A stretch of DNA of 64,000 nucleotides from Promethearchaeia archaeon (GTDB lineage: Archaea; Asgardarchaeota; Lokiarchaeia; Sigyniarchaeales; SOKP01), in NCBI GenBank assembly GCA_029856125.1, contig JAHQWJ010000136.1, forward strand, positions 21,514 to 85,513, given 5' to 3'. Of this stretch, positions 10,665 to 20,742 are shown piece after piece (position 1 is the first letter of the stretch; the number at the start of each line of letters is the position of its first letter). Made by a program: the position numbers and the translations under genes. Below the pieces are notes generated by a model. That model saw only the letters and a program-made list of their open reading frames with translations. It did not search any database and had not been told where the DNA came from.

Positions 10665-11672
10665 TTATAAGATTAATGGATTCCCTTCCAGTTTATATTT
10701 AACCAGCGTTAAAGCCCCCATTACTCCTATTTCGTCTATATTTTTGGTTACTTTAAGTTGAGGTGGGGTATTAATAGTATATAAGATAGGTTCTGTTTTG
10801 AATTGTTCAATCACGGGTGGTAGAATTAAATCACTATCTTTCATCATTGCTCCTCCAAAATATATAGAGGCACAATCATAAAAGTTGTTCACTAAACCAA
10901 CCCCTACCTTAGTATAAAAGACGCATTGATTGACTATACTCTTGGAAAATTTATCTCCTCCTCTTGCTGCTTGGAACAGTTCTTTTGCAGTGATCTTTGT
11001 TTCGTCGTTATCAACCATGAACATTAAAATTTTCGAACTGAAATTGGATGTTTTAATTGCTTCTAAAGCCCTGTTTCTAACTCCCGTACCGGAACTATAT
11101 ACTTCCCAACAACCAAACGCACCACAATTACATTGGAAGCTGCTCTGATGATTTACGATTCCATGTCCTATTTCTGCAGCATTACCATTCTTGCCGAGAA
11201 GCAGGTGACCGTTACAAATAGCTCCACCCCCAATTCCTGTTGACATCGTGATATAAACAATATTATCTTTTTCATCGTCGCTTGCTTCAAAATAATGAAT
11301 TGCTAAAACTGAAGCGTTACAATCGTTAATAAGATAAACAGGAACGCCCATAAATCTTTCTTGGATTGGATTTTTTAGTGGGATTTCCTTAAAACCCAAG
11401 TTCGCATTATTGAAAACTTCTCCGCTTTCGATATTTATCGGCCCAGCGGAAGCTAAACCAATTCCTAAGATTTGTTCCTTCTCAATATTATTATCAATCA
11501 GTAGTTCAGTTATTAAAGAGATTATTGCATTACTGATCGAATATTCATTTATCTTTGGAGTCTGAGTCGTCTTAATTATAAGTGTCTCTTTTTTTAAATC
11601 AATAGAACTTATACCGACTCGAATCCAAGTACCTCCAATATCCACACCAATAATAAATTCTTCTTTATTCAT
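10665..11672 (-). CDS. ROK-family sugar kinase (glucokinase-like)
   Basis: GVDIGGT, NDCN, STGIGGG, EIGH, CNCGAFGCWE. ATG at 11672 (MNKEE). Confidence 0.9.
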   Translation of the reverse strand: MNKEEFIIGVDIGGTWIRVGISSIDLKKETLIIKTTQTPKINEYSISNAIISLITELLIDNNIEKEQILGIGLASAGPINIESGEVFNNANLGFKEIPLKNPIQERFMGVPVYLINDCNASVLAIHYFEASDDEKDNIVYITMSTGIGGGAICNGHLLLGKNGNAAEIGHGIVNHQSSFQCNCGAFGCWEVYSSGTGVRNRALEAIKTSNFSSKILMFMVDNDETKITAKELFQAARGGDKFSKSIVNQCVFYTKVGVGLVNNFYDCASIYFGGAMMKDSDLILPPVIEQFKTEPILYTINTPPQLKVTKNIDEIGVMGALTLVKYKLEGNPLIL

Positions 11673-11708
11673 CGTCACTTTCCTTAGAAATATGAATATA
11701 ATCAAAAA

Positions 11709-12500
11709 CTAGTAATAATTAATCTCAATATTATCGTTATTAATTAGTTCTCTTAAAATTTTTACGATCTCCCTTTTTCTATTTTCATCAATTGCGTAAA
11801 CAAAGTATTCAGATGGTATTCTTGCGATTGAATAGAGTTGGACAATATTCGGATTAATTTTTTTTATTAGATAAGCTAATTGTTCAATATTTTCCTTGTT
11901 ATTATTAGAGGAAAAATTATCCCGATGAGATTTACTAATCAAGCTTTGAATAGCTAATTTCTTATTTGGCATTTCTTTTCTCAGTTTAACAAGAGAATTA
12001 GTTATAGTGTCGATATCTGGACAATTTTTGTGTGGTCTATTAGTTCTTCTTAAATCTTTATCAGTAGCAGCGTCTAATTTTGCCAACACAAAATCAAAAT
12101 GTTTCACTCTTTCCCTAACCTCTTCTAAATAAAGTGTACTTGAATTGGTAAAAAGGGTTATCAATGGTGGGTCTTTATCCCATTTCAATTCATTTCTAAC
12201 ATCAAAAGCTACTTTGTAGAAATCTAATAAACTATCGTTTAAGGTGGGTTCTCCATTATAGCCAAAAGTTATTGAGTCTAAATGAGGAACATATTTTAAG
12301 ATATCTTTAAGTTCTCTTCTAAACTTCAAAGACGGTGGAGCTTTAATTCTATCCTCTGGAGAGACTACTTGATAAGTTGGCCCTATTTCGCAATACACGC
12401 AATTATAAGTACATAACTTATAATTGGGTAAAATATCTACCCCTAAAGAGAGCCCTAATCTTCTTGAATTAAATGGACCATAAGTATATTCTCTTGTCAT
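11709..12500 (-). CDS. Radical SAM protein (COG0731/TYW1-like family)
   Basis: YGP..SRRLG.SLG, CTYNCVYC, GEPTL. Confidence 0.8.
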   Translation of the reverse strand: MTREYTYGPFNSRRLGLSLGVDILPNYKLCTYNCVYCEIGPTYQVVSPEDRIKAPPSLKFRRELKDILKYVPHLDSITFGYNGEPTLNDSLLDFYKVAFDVRNELKWDKDPPLITLFTNSSTLYLEEVRERVKHFDFVLAKLDAATDKDLRRTNRPHKNCPDIDTITNSLVKLRKEMPNKKLAIQSLISKSHRDNFSSNNNKENIEQLAYLIKKINPNIVQLYSIARIPSEYFVYAIDENRKREIVKILRELINNDNIEINYY

Positions 12501-12513
12501 ATTATCTTTATCG

Positions 12514-13287
12514 CTAAAAATGAGTAGAGATAAAATTCTCTATAGCTTGATTAACTTCGTTTGGTTTTTCTAGCATTACCATATGCCCAGCTTTGTTAAT
12601 TATGTGGAGTTCTGAATTTTTGATTTTATTGCGAAAAAATTCTGAGTATTTAACAGGAGTTAATTGGTCTTGCTTCCCTACGATAATTAAACATGGGACT
12701 TCGATTGAGTTTAGCTTGTTTAGAATGTCGAAACCATCGCAAATCTTAAAATCTTTGTAGGTGACATCAGCACTAATTTTAGATATTTCTTGAATATAGT
12801 GTTTTATCGTTTCTTTTGGAGTCGCTCTATAAAACGCTCCAGCTGGTAGAGAATCCATGAATTCTTGATAATTATTTTTTAAAGAATTAAGGATGAAAGG
12901 AGCTACCCTTAATTTTCCACCTGTGTTGCATAAAATCAGACCTGAAACTTCATTAGGATATGTGAAGTAGTATTGTTGAATAATTGCACCTCCTAAAGAA
13001 TGACCACATAAAATTACACCCTCATATTTTAATGCCTTAATTAGCTGGCGAACTACATCCACGTACAAATTGAGAGATAGATCTGAAAAACTATCTGATT
13101 TATCGTGAGAAGGTAAATCGAGAGCGATTAAATCATAATCAACATCTAACTTCACTTGATTTTTCCAAGTATATGAACTTCCTCCAGAACCATGTACAAA
13201 AATAATTGCTCTATTGCTTCCAGATTTTTTAATATTATAATAGATCTTCTTATCTTCAATTTTAAAATACATCTTTACCAATCGCAA
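12514..13287 (-). CDS. Alpha/beta hydrolase
   Basis: FVHGSGG, GHSLGG nucleophile elbow, D, GH catalytic triad. Confidence 0.9.
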   Translation of the reverse strand: MRLVKMYFKIEDKKIYYNIKKSGSNRAIIFVHGSGGSSYTWKNQVKLDVDYDLIALDLPSHDKSDSFSDLSLNLYVDVVRQLIKALKYEGVILCGHSLGGAIIQQYYFTYPNEVSGLILCNTGGKLRVAPFILNSLKNNYQEFMDSLPAGAFYRATPKETIKHYIQEISKISADVTYKDFKICDGFDILNKLNSIEVPCLIIVGKQDQLTPVKYSEFFRNKIKNSELHIINKAGHMVMLEKPNEVNQAIENFISTHF

Positions 13288-13395
13288 TTAATAATATAAA
13301 TTTATTATAGAGAAAGAAGGAAACAATTTAGATTTATCAAATTAGTTATCTGTAATAAAAAAATGAGTATGAAAAAATGTTATGTAGAATTATTT

Positions 13396-15945
13396 TTAGA
13401 GCTCAATATCTCGATGCTGCATTTCAAGCAACCGTTTGTATTTTCCGTTCAATGCAAGTAAAGATTCGTGTGTTCCTTGTTCTATTATACCCTTTTTATC
13501 TGTGCCTAATACTATAATATTGTCCGCATTTTTGATAGTTGATAATCTATGAGCGATAATGATAGTAGTTCTTCCTTTTCGTGCTTTGTCTAGAGCGTCT
13601 TGGATGAGTGTTTCGGTGTATGGATCTACAGATGATGTTGCTTCATCTAAAATTAAAATTTTTGGGTCAGTAATTAACGCTCGAGCAAAAGCAATTAATT
13701 GACGTTGTCCAATCGAGATATTTGATGCGTTTTCTTTAAGTTTAGTATTATATTTCTTGTGTAAAGCTTCAATGAAATTATGCAAACCGAGAAATTTAGA
13801 AACTTCTATCATTTTTTTTTCTATCTCTGGAGTAGGGTTATCGAAAGAATAAAGTAAATTCTCACGAATAGTTCCGGAAAAAAGAAAAGCATCTTGAGGT
13901 ACCAAACCTATTATATTTCGAAGATCTTTCTTTGTGATTTCACGAATATCTACATCATCAATCAACACTTCTCCTTCGTTTATATCATAAAACCGGGAAA
14001 TTAATTTTGTGATTGTTGTTTTACCAGATCCTGTTTCACCAACAATGGCCATGGTTTTTCCTGAGGGAATTGTTAAATCTACATTTTCAAGGACGAAACC
14101 CGTAGATTGTTCATGTTGAATTATTTTCTTTTCTTCATCTATTGCATCTCTAACAATTTTGGGAATTTGTTCATATACTTCTTTACTAATTTTGGCGGTT
14201 GTTAGCATCCTAAGCATGGATTGAGGTGACATTTTTGGCATACCTCCCCCCATCATTCCACCACCTTCACCCATTCCGGCACCTGAAGATTGAATTGTAG
14301 CTTTGCTTCTCAAACTTTTTTCTAGAAATTTAGTCATTTGTAAGATTTCTTCAGGAGGTAGAGTAGGTAATATCGAATTATCTCCTTGATTAACTTTTAA
14401 ATCTGCTCGCTTAAAAGAAGTCTGCAAATCTGGATGATCATTTGCAAAATCCGTGCCTGGTACAGCGTATTTAAACTCAGCTAATATAGTATCAATTAGT
14501 TTTGGAGCATCAGAAGGTTTTTGGCTCATAAGACTCATAAATAATTTTTGTCTAATATTTTGAGGCATGAGTATGACATTTTTCATCATAAAAGAAGAAT
14601 AAGGCTCCGGAAGTGTCTTCATAAAATCCATAGCTCGTTTCATCATTTGTTGCATCATAGGATTATCTGGCATACCTGTCGGTATGGACATTTCAATTGA
14701 TCTCATTATTTTTGGATCTTTTTGAGGTGAGTCTGATCTTAAATTGTTTTCTTTACCATTTTCTAAGATATAACCAAAATTTACGGCATTAAACTCGATT
14801 TCTCCAATAACGTTTTCAATTCGTTTTGGATTTTCATTATCCGGAATTTCAGATTTCTCCTCCAATAAGGTGTATATTCTGTCACTTGCTGCTAAAGATG
14901 ATGCTATCATTTCTTGAATTTGCATTAACATCATAAAAGGTTTAAAAAATTGAGCTAGAATAGATATATAAGCGCTAAGCACTCCAACAGTAACAACTGT
15001 ACCAAATATCGTGACATTTCCTAGGATTACAAATCCTCCTGCAAACAAAATTCCAGCGGTAAGTATGCTGGTTACAAGGCCAATTAAAGGAAAGATCGTT
15101 GCCATGAACTTCCTAATTTTCAACATTGCATCGTAATTCTCAGTATTAGCTTCGTCAAACTCAGAGGATGCCTTTTTTTCCTGCCCGTATGCTTGGACCA
15201 CTTTAGCTCCCGCAATATTTTCTTGAATTGATGAAGTTACTTTGCCAATTGTTTTTCTGGATTCTTTAAAAAGCCCCATCGCTACCGTTCTAAATATATA
15301 AGTAAATATAAAAAAAACAGGGAATATAATTAGTGAGAGTAAAGCTAAGAATATATTGAGTAAAAACATAATACTCACAGTAAGGATTAAACTAATTACG
15401 CTCGTAATTACCATAACAAATTGGCCCCCAACCAATTGATTTAATAGAGTGACATCATTGGTTGTAATAGACATGATATCTCCTGATGATTTTTTGTCAA
15501 AATAACTTAGAGACATATCTTGAAGTTTATAGAAAAGGTCGTTCCTAATCTCGAATGTAATAGTTTGTGATATTTTTCCCATTCCGTAATTTGCAAAATA
15601 CGTCGTTATAGCCATAGCTACAAGAAGTGATAAGTAAAATGTTGACATAAAAACAATATAGATACTATCTTTAGCTACTATACCGTTGTCTATTATGTTT
15701 GCTGAAATAATAGGACTTATTGAAGTAACTAAAGTTCCGACTAATGATAAAACTATAAGAGTAATAAACTTCCATTTATAATTACCTAAATATGAAAATA
15801 ACCATTTCCATAATTCTCGTCGAGGATGTTCTAATTTAGAGTCGCCACTATCCATCATAAAACCTTTATGCATGCCACCACCGACCCTTGGTAGAATAAT
15901 TTCCTTCTCTTCTTCTTTTTTTTCCTTCTGATTGTTGTTATTCAT
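13396..15945 (-). CDS. Heterodimeric ABC exporter subunit (TMD-NBD) with a large Met-rich insertion in the NBD
   Basis: 6 TM helices; GETGSGKT, degenerate signature ISIGQ, ILILDE, AHR. Start ATG at 15945 behind GAGGT. Confidence 0.9.
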   Translation of the reverse strand: MNNNNQKEKKEEEKEIILPRVGGGMHKGFMMDSGDSKLEHPRRELWKWLFSYLGNYKWKFITLIVLSLVGTLVTSISPIISANIIDNGIVAKDSIYIVFMSTFYLSLLVAMAITTYFANYGMGKISQTITFEIRNDLFYKLQDMSLSYFDKKSSGDIMSITTNDVTLLNQLVGGQFVMVITSVISLILTVSIMFLLNIFLALLSLIIFPVFFIFTYIFRTVAMGLFKESRKTIGKVTSSIQENIAGAKVVQAYGQEKKASSEFDEANTENYDAMLKIRKFMATIFPLIGLVTSILTAGILFAGGFVILGNVTIFGTVVTVGVLSAYISILAQFFKPFMMLMQIQEMIASSLAASDRIYTLLEEKSEIPDNENPKRIENVIGEIEFNAVNFGYILENGKENNLRSDSPQKDPKIMRSIEMSIPTGMPDNPMMQQMMKRAMDFMKTLPEPYSSFMMKNVILMPQNIRQKLFMSLMSQKPSDAPKLIDTILAEFKYAVPGTDFANDHPDLQTSFKRADLKVNQGDNSILPTLPPEEILQMTKFLEKSLRSKATIQSSGAGMGEGGGMMGGGMPKMSPQSMLRMLTTAKISKEVYEQIPKIVRDAIDEEKKIIQHEQSTGFVLENVDLTIPSGKTMAIVGETGSGKTTITKLISRFYDINEGEVLIDDVDIREITKKDLRNIIGLVPQDAFLFSGTIRENLLYSFDNPTPEIEKKMIEVSKFLGLHNFIEALHKKYNTKLKENASNISIGQRQLIAFARALITDPKILILDEATSSVDPYTETLIQDALDKARKGRTTIIIAHRLSTIKNADNIIVLGTDKKGIIEQGTHESLLALNGKYKRLLEMQHRDIEL

Positions 15946-17680
15946 TAATGATACCTCTTTTCGATTTTTGTTTTTGAAATAGAGTTTCATATATTTGCTT
16001 GTATAAAACGTTAGAATTAATTAATTCTTCGTGATTCCCTAAACCTACTACACGGCCTCTATCTAAAATTAATATCAAATCCGCATTACGAATTGTGGAT
16101 ATACGTTGTGTTATTATAATAGTTGTTGTATTTTTCATTATTTTTGAAAGAGCTTCTTGGATTTTAAATTCAGTTTCAACATCAACTGAACTTGTAGAAT
16201 CGTCAAAAATCAATATCTTAGGTTTTACAATTAAGGCTCTTGCAATGGATAGGCGTTGTTTCTGTCCCCCTGATAACCGTGTCCCTCTTTCTCCTACAAT
16301 TGAGTCATATTGCTTCGGTAAAGTCATAATAAAATCATGGAGTTCAGCAATTTTAGCTGCTTCAACTATTTCTTCCTTTTTAGCATTCTCTCTACCATAA
16401 GCTATATTTTTTGCTATGCTCTTATTAAAAAGATAAGTCTCTTGGGAAACTATTCCAATACATCTTCTTAAATCCTTCAAAATATAATTACGGATATCAA
16501 TGCCATCAATTTTGATACTACCCTTGTTAATCTCGTAAAATCTTGGAATTAAATTTATGATTGTTGATTTTCCAGATCCTGTTGTCCCTAAAATGGCTAA
16601 TTTCTTACCCTCGGCTATTTTAAATGCAACATCTTTCAAAATTCTATGCTCAGATGTATAACCAAACGATACATTATCAAAAATTATTTCTCCCTTTACG
16701 GATTCTAGGGGGAGCGCATCTGGAAGATCTTCGATTTCAGGAGCAGAATCAAGTATCTCCCTAACCCGCGTTAAAGCAGCATCAGCTTGAACATAAGTTA
16801 ACATAATTTGCCCTAGCATCATTAAGGGAAAACCTAGAACTGCTATGTAAGATATTAAGGTTACAATTTCTTCTAATTGCATTCTTCCCTCAATATACCA
16901 CATTCCCCCTAAGAAAAATGTGATAACTGTCATAAATCCCATTACAACGTATATAACTGGCAAATAGAGTGAATTGTATTTTACAGATTGGACACTCGCG
17001 TTGTAGAATCTTCTATTGTTTGCTTGAAATTTCTTGTGTTCTTTATCTTGAGTACTAAACATTCTAACAACTTCAGCTCCTACAATGTTCTCTCTAATCG
17101 TATTAGTTAATTCACCAAAGCTACTACGAGTTTCTAAAAAAATAGGTTTTAATTTTTTCGCAATATAGTAAGATGTGACTAAAGATCCAAAAAAAGCTAT
17201 TATCAATATAATTGAAAGCTCTAAACTAAAAAGTAAAAATCCCACAACAACACCTACCATTTGTAGAATCGATTGTAAACCTAATGTCAAGCCCATCCCA
17301 AAAATCATTTGAGTTTCTTCAATGTCGCTTGTAGCTCTTGATATCAATTGACCCGTTTCAGTCTTATCAAAAAATGAAAATGATTGTCTATAGATTGCAT
17401 TACTAATATCTGTTCGTAAATAGTAAATAGCTCGAGCAGATACTTCTGCACCTCTAAGTCTGGCAGCACGATTGGAAAAGTACACACATATTGCGAATAA
17501 GATAACTATCAAAAAATTCAGTAATAAATCAGTAGCGTTCGTTAACGCTCCAACCATTCTCCCTATAAATACGGGCGTAAAAGTGTAAAAAATCGTAGTT
17601 AGTATAAGATATACAAATTGAAAAATGAAATTTTTTCTCGATTTTGCCCAATATTTTATTATCATACGAAATGAATTCAT
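15938..17680 (-). CDS. Heterodimeric ABC exporter subunit (TMD-NBD), degenerate-site partner
   Basis: GTTGSGKS, LSGGQ, Walker B ILIFDD (E to D) and H-loop Q (ITQR); TM287/288-type asymmetry. Confidence 0.92.
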   Translation of the reverse strand: MNSFRMIIKYWAKSRKNFIFQFVYLILTTIFYTFTPVFIGRMVGALTNATDLLLNFLIVILFAICVYFSNRAARLRGAEVSARAIYYLRTDISNAIYRQSFSFFDKTETGQLISRATSDIEETQMIFGMGLTLGLQSILQMVGVVVGFLLFSLELSIILIIAFFGSLVTSYYIAKKLKPIFLETRSSFGELTNTIRENIVGAEVVRMFSTQDKEHKKFQANNRRFYNASVQSVKYNSLYLPVIYVVMGFMTVITFFLGGMWYIEGRMQLEEIVTLISYIAVLGFPLMMLGQIMLTYVQADAALTRVREILDSAPEIEDLPDALPLESVKGEIIFDNVSFGYTSEHRILKDVAFKIAEGKKLAILGTTGSGKSTIINLIPRFYEINKGSIKIDGIDIRNYILKDLRRCIGIVSQETYLFNKSIAKNIAYGRENAKKEEIVEAAKIAELHDFIMTLPKQYDSIVGERGTRLSGGQKQRLSIARALIVKPKILIFDDSTSSVDVETEFKIQEALSKIMKNTTTIIITQRISTIRNADLILILDRGRVVGLGNHEELINSNVLYKQIYETLFQKQKSKRGIINE

Positions 17681-17687
17681 AATTTCA

Positions 17688-18227
17688 CTAAACCTCTGAT
17701 TTCAGATCTTTTAATTTTTGTAATTTTGCTTTTTCCTTTCTTATTTTTCCCAATATACCGTTCACATCCTTTTCCATAGAGCTTAGAATATATAATTTTT
17801 CTTCTATAGGAATATTTTTTTGCATTACATACTCCACTGGACTAGACCATATACAAAAAGTCGCTTCTTTTAGAAATTTCTCATGATCAATTTCTATACC
17901 CCTTTCTGGAAATCTATGCTTAATAAATTCAAAAATCTTTCCAGTTTTTTGACGAAGTTCTATTAATTTGCTTTCACCTTTATCGGTCAGAAAATATAGG
18001 TGTTTAGGTCTTCCAGTATCTTTACTTACATCATCTTTTATTGATAAAAAACCTTCTTCTGCTAATATCTTCATCATTCGGTAAACCTTCGAATGTGGTA
18101 TATTTCCAAATTTCTTCAAATCGTAGTAAGTTAAACCTTCTTGAAAATCTTTGACTGTATTGAATAGAAAAACCGTTTTTAAGTCCTCTGAGAATTCTAT
18201 GAAAAATTTAAATTCTTTTGGCCACAT
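17688..18227 (-). CDS. PadR-like winged-helix transcription regulator
   Basis: Y.L...SKVYRMMK.L.EEG.L....GRPK.LY.LTDKG; first gene of the ABC operon. Confidence 0.8.
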   Translation of the reverse strand: MWPKEFKFFIEFSEDLKTVFLFNTVKDFQEGLTYYDLKKFGNIPHSKVYRMMKILAEEGFLSIKDDVSKDTGRPKHLYFLTDKGESKLIELRQKTGKIFEFIKHRFPERGIEIDHEKFLKEATFCIWSSPVEYVMQKNIPIEEKLYILSSMEKDVNGILGKIRKEKAKLQKLKDLKSEV

Positions 18228-18259
18228 TTTTGTAGAAAAGTAATTAATGAGAAAGTTTT

Positions 18260-18328
18260 TTTCAAAATGAAATATTATGAAAACTGAAATATTCTTTAAT
18301 ATATAATTTTTTTCATTTTGAAATATTA
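18260..18328. promoter_or_regulatory. Two copies of palindrome TTTCA-N3-TGAAA(TATTA); candidate PadR operator
   Basis: TTTCAAAATGAAATATTA at 18260 and TTTCATTTTGAAATATTA at 18311, between the divergent PadR and DUF362 genes. Confidence 0.5.
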
Positions 18329-18397
18329 CTATTTTTATGAAATCCTTTTATAATTAATCTCGATTATTTATATTAAAATTATAATTAAACGATTAAA

Positions 18398-19726
18398 ATG
18401 ACCGAAGTTTTTATATCAGATACAAAAATGGGTGTTAGTAAGGCTGTAAATGAAATCTTTTCAAACTTAATGCGAACTGGACCAATCTTAAAAAGCTCAA
18501 AAGAAGTCTATATTAAGGTAAATGGAATTGATTCTAAGAAACACGCATACACATCGCCCGAAGTACTTAAAGAGGTAATAAAATATCTTGGAGATAAAGG
18601 TGCCAAGATTTATGTAATGGAGAATTCTACTCAAGCTAACATGACTCGAATTGTATTCGCAATCACTGGCTTTAAAGATGTATGTGATGAAACTGGCGCA
18701 AATATAATATACTTAGACGAAGAGGATACGGAAATTTTTGAATTTAAAGGGAAACCTTCTGTAAAAGATAAATCGAAGGGATATAACCTAAAAACTTTTA
18801 GATTGCCTAAAACCATCATTAAAATCATGAAAAATAGGGATTCAATCACTTATATAAATCTTCCTAAACTTAAAACTCATTCAATGGCAGGAGTAACGCT
18901 TGGAATAAAAAATCAATGGGGATTTCCCCAGCATGCTGATCGTGGAAAAGATCATAACTATAACCTACATTCAAAATTAGTAGATGTGTATGAATATATT
19001 AAACCAGACATAACGATTATTGATGGAATTGAGGGCACAATTCATGGGCATTACCCTCCTACAGCGTGGGAGGATCGACTAGTTAAACATTTTAACATTT
19101 TAATAGGTGGAAGAGACACCTTAGCTGTAGATGTCGTTGGAGCAAGGATCTTTGGTTTAACCTTAGACGATGTCCCTCACCTTAAAATAGCTAACAAGAG
19201 AGGATTGGGAGAAGGGGATTTAAGTAAAATTCAAGTAATTGGTAAAAATTTAGAAGAATTTACAGAGAAATACCAATGGGATTTACTACAAGAGTTCCCT
19301 GAGAATGTTATGATTGTGAAGGGCACTGAATTATTATGTAGAGAGGGTTGCCAAAACAATCCCTTAGCTACTTTACAAGTATTTGCTTATGATCATAAAA
19401 AGAAATTCAAAGGAGGATGGTTTTTAGTCATGGGCAAAGGACACGACGAAAATCTTGTAGAAATTTTGAAGGAAAAAGGTTTTGTCAAAGGTTTAGTAGC
19501 AGGATATTGTGCTATTGATGAGGTGGGTGAACAACTTCGGAACGAATTCGGGAAACGTAAAGTTTTTTTTTCTGGTGATTGCAATAATTTAGCTGACACA
19601 GTAAAAGCAATTCTCAAATTATCAAAAATGACCGTTTTTGATTTAGTATCACTTTCCACCGAAGAATTAATGTCCCTTATTGATAGTGCTAAGGAACACG
19701 GCAGTACCGCTTTAGTTCCATTGTAA
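18398..19726 (+). CDS. DUF362 family protein
   Basis: IKVN...TSPEV, INLPKLKTH, TLGIKN, IIDGIEG, DTLAVD; C-terminal Cys residues (CREGC, YC, GDC). Confidence 0.8.
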   Translation: MTEVFISDTKMGVSKAVNEIFSNLMRTGPILKSSKEVYIKVNGIDSKKHAYTSPEVLKEVIKYLGDKGAKIYVMENSTQANMTRIVFAITGFKDVCDETGANIIYLDEEDTEIFEFKGKPSVKDKSKGYNLKTFRLPKTIIKIMKNRDSITYINLPKLKTHSMAGVTLGIKNQWGFPQHADRGKDHNYNLHSKLVDVYEYIKPDITIIDGIEGTIHGHYPPTAWEDRLVKHFNILIGGRDTLAVDVVGARIFGLTLDDVPHLKIANKRGLGEGDLSKIQVIGKNLEEFTEKYQWDLLQEFPENVMIVKGTELLCREGCQNNPLATLQVFAYDHKKKFKGGWFLVMGKGHDENLVEILKEKGFVKGLVAGYCAIDEVGEQLRNEFGKRKVFFSGDCNNLADTVKAILKLSKMTVFDLVSLSTEELMSLIDSAKEHGSTALVPL

Positions 19727-19829
19727 TAATAAAATTAAAACATTTTTTTATTTCTTCTTCTTAAAAAATTTACATTTTTGTAAAAGAAAAATAATGTTTT
19801 ATTAATAAGATGGTTCAATAAATTTAATA

Positions 19830-20573
19830 ATGGATTTTGAATCAAAATATTTTGATATAAGACAATTCCTCTCTATTTCTGAGCTAGAATTTAACTTGGA
19901 TAAAAAGATTGATGAATATTTTAATTCAGATAGTCTTAAGATGGAAATTTTAAGTAAGATAACCCAATTTATCTATTATTTTTCAATTTTTAAGAATATC
20001 AAACCTTTTATGAATTCTGTATATTATTGCATAGAAACTACTTTAGATCTTGGAGTTGAATCCGTAAGTGATTTTAAAGAGCTTCTAGTAAAAAATGCCT
20101 TGATGAAATTTGTTCAGGAATATATTGATTACGCTCAATTAACACAAAAAAGACAAGTATTAAATCTTTTATCAGATTCATTTGAGAAACTTCAAATTCA
20201 GCCTTTAATTATTAATTTAGGGTTACTTCTTAAGCCTATGTATCAAGATAAGGATTATCTTGATAGAGCAAATAAGAATAAGGATGTAAAAATCTCTTAT
20301 TCCCTTCTTAATGAGATTGAAATTAAAATTAAAACCATTATTGATGATTGGTTGAAGGCTCAAGCTATTGCATTAAACAATCAGGATGAAATTAAAAAAG
20401 AATTGGGAAAAAAATATGAGGATTTAGCGAGTAATTTTAAAATTATTAAAGGCTCTGATATATACAAAAAACTTTTCAGGGAAATAATGGAAATGCTCTC
20501 AATGAGACTTACTATGATTAGTTTAACGGAATCGATATCGGACGATTCATTTGAACCTATCCCAATAAAATAA
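19830..20573 (+). CDS. Hypothetical all-helical protein
   Basis: 247-aa ORF with normal composition; no family recognised. Confidence 0.7.
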   Translation: MDFESKYFDIRQFLSISELEFNLDKKIDEYFNSDSLKMEILSKITQFIYYFSIFKNIKPFMNSVYYCIETTLDLGVESVSDFKELLVKNALMKFVQEYIDYAQLTQKRQVLNLLSDSFEKLQIQPLIINLGLLLKPMYQDKDYLDRANKNKDVKISYSLLNEIEIKIKTIIDDWLKAQAIALNNQDEIKKELGKKYEDLASNFKIIKGSDIYKKLFREIMEMLSMRLTMISLTESISDDSFEPIPIK

Positions 20574-20742
20574 ATACCTAACTTAAAGTTCTGATTGTTG
20601 TTCCATTCCATAATTCTATGTTTTTAAAAATTGGAATAATTTGAACATTTAAGATATTGAAATCTATTAAATCGTAGATAAGTAAATTATTAAATACAAA
20701 TTTTGATATTATATTTAAAAAAAACAATAATTTACTCCTAGT

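Noticed and set aside
14101-14769. Intein in the ABC NBD
   Set aside because: No N-terminal Cys/Ser block, no C-terminal His-Asn plus nucleophile, no LAGLIDADG motifs
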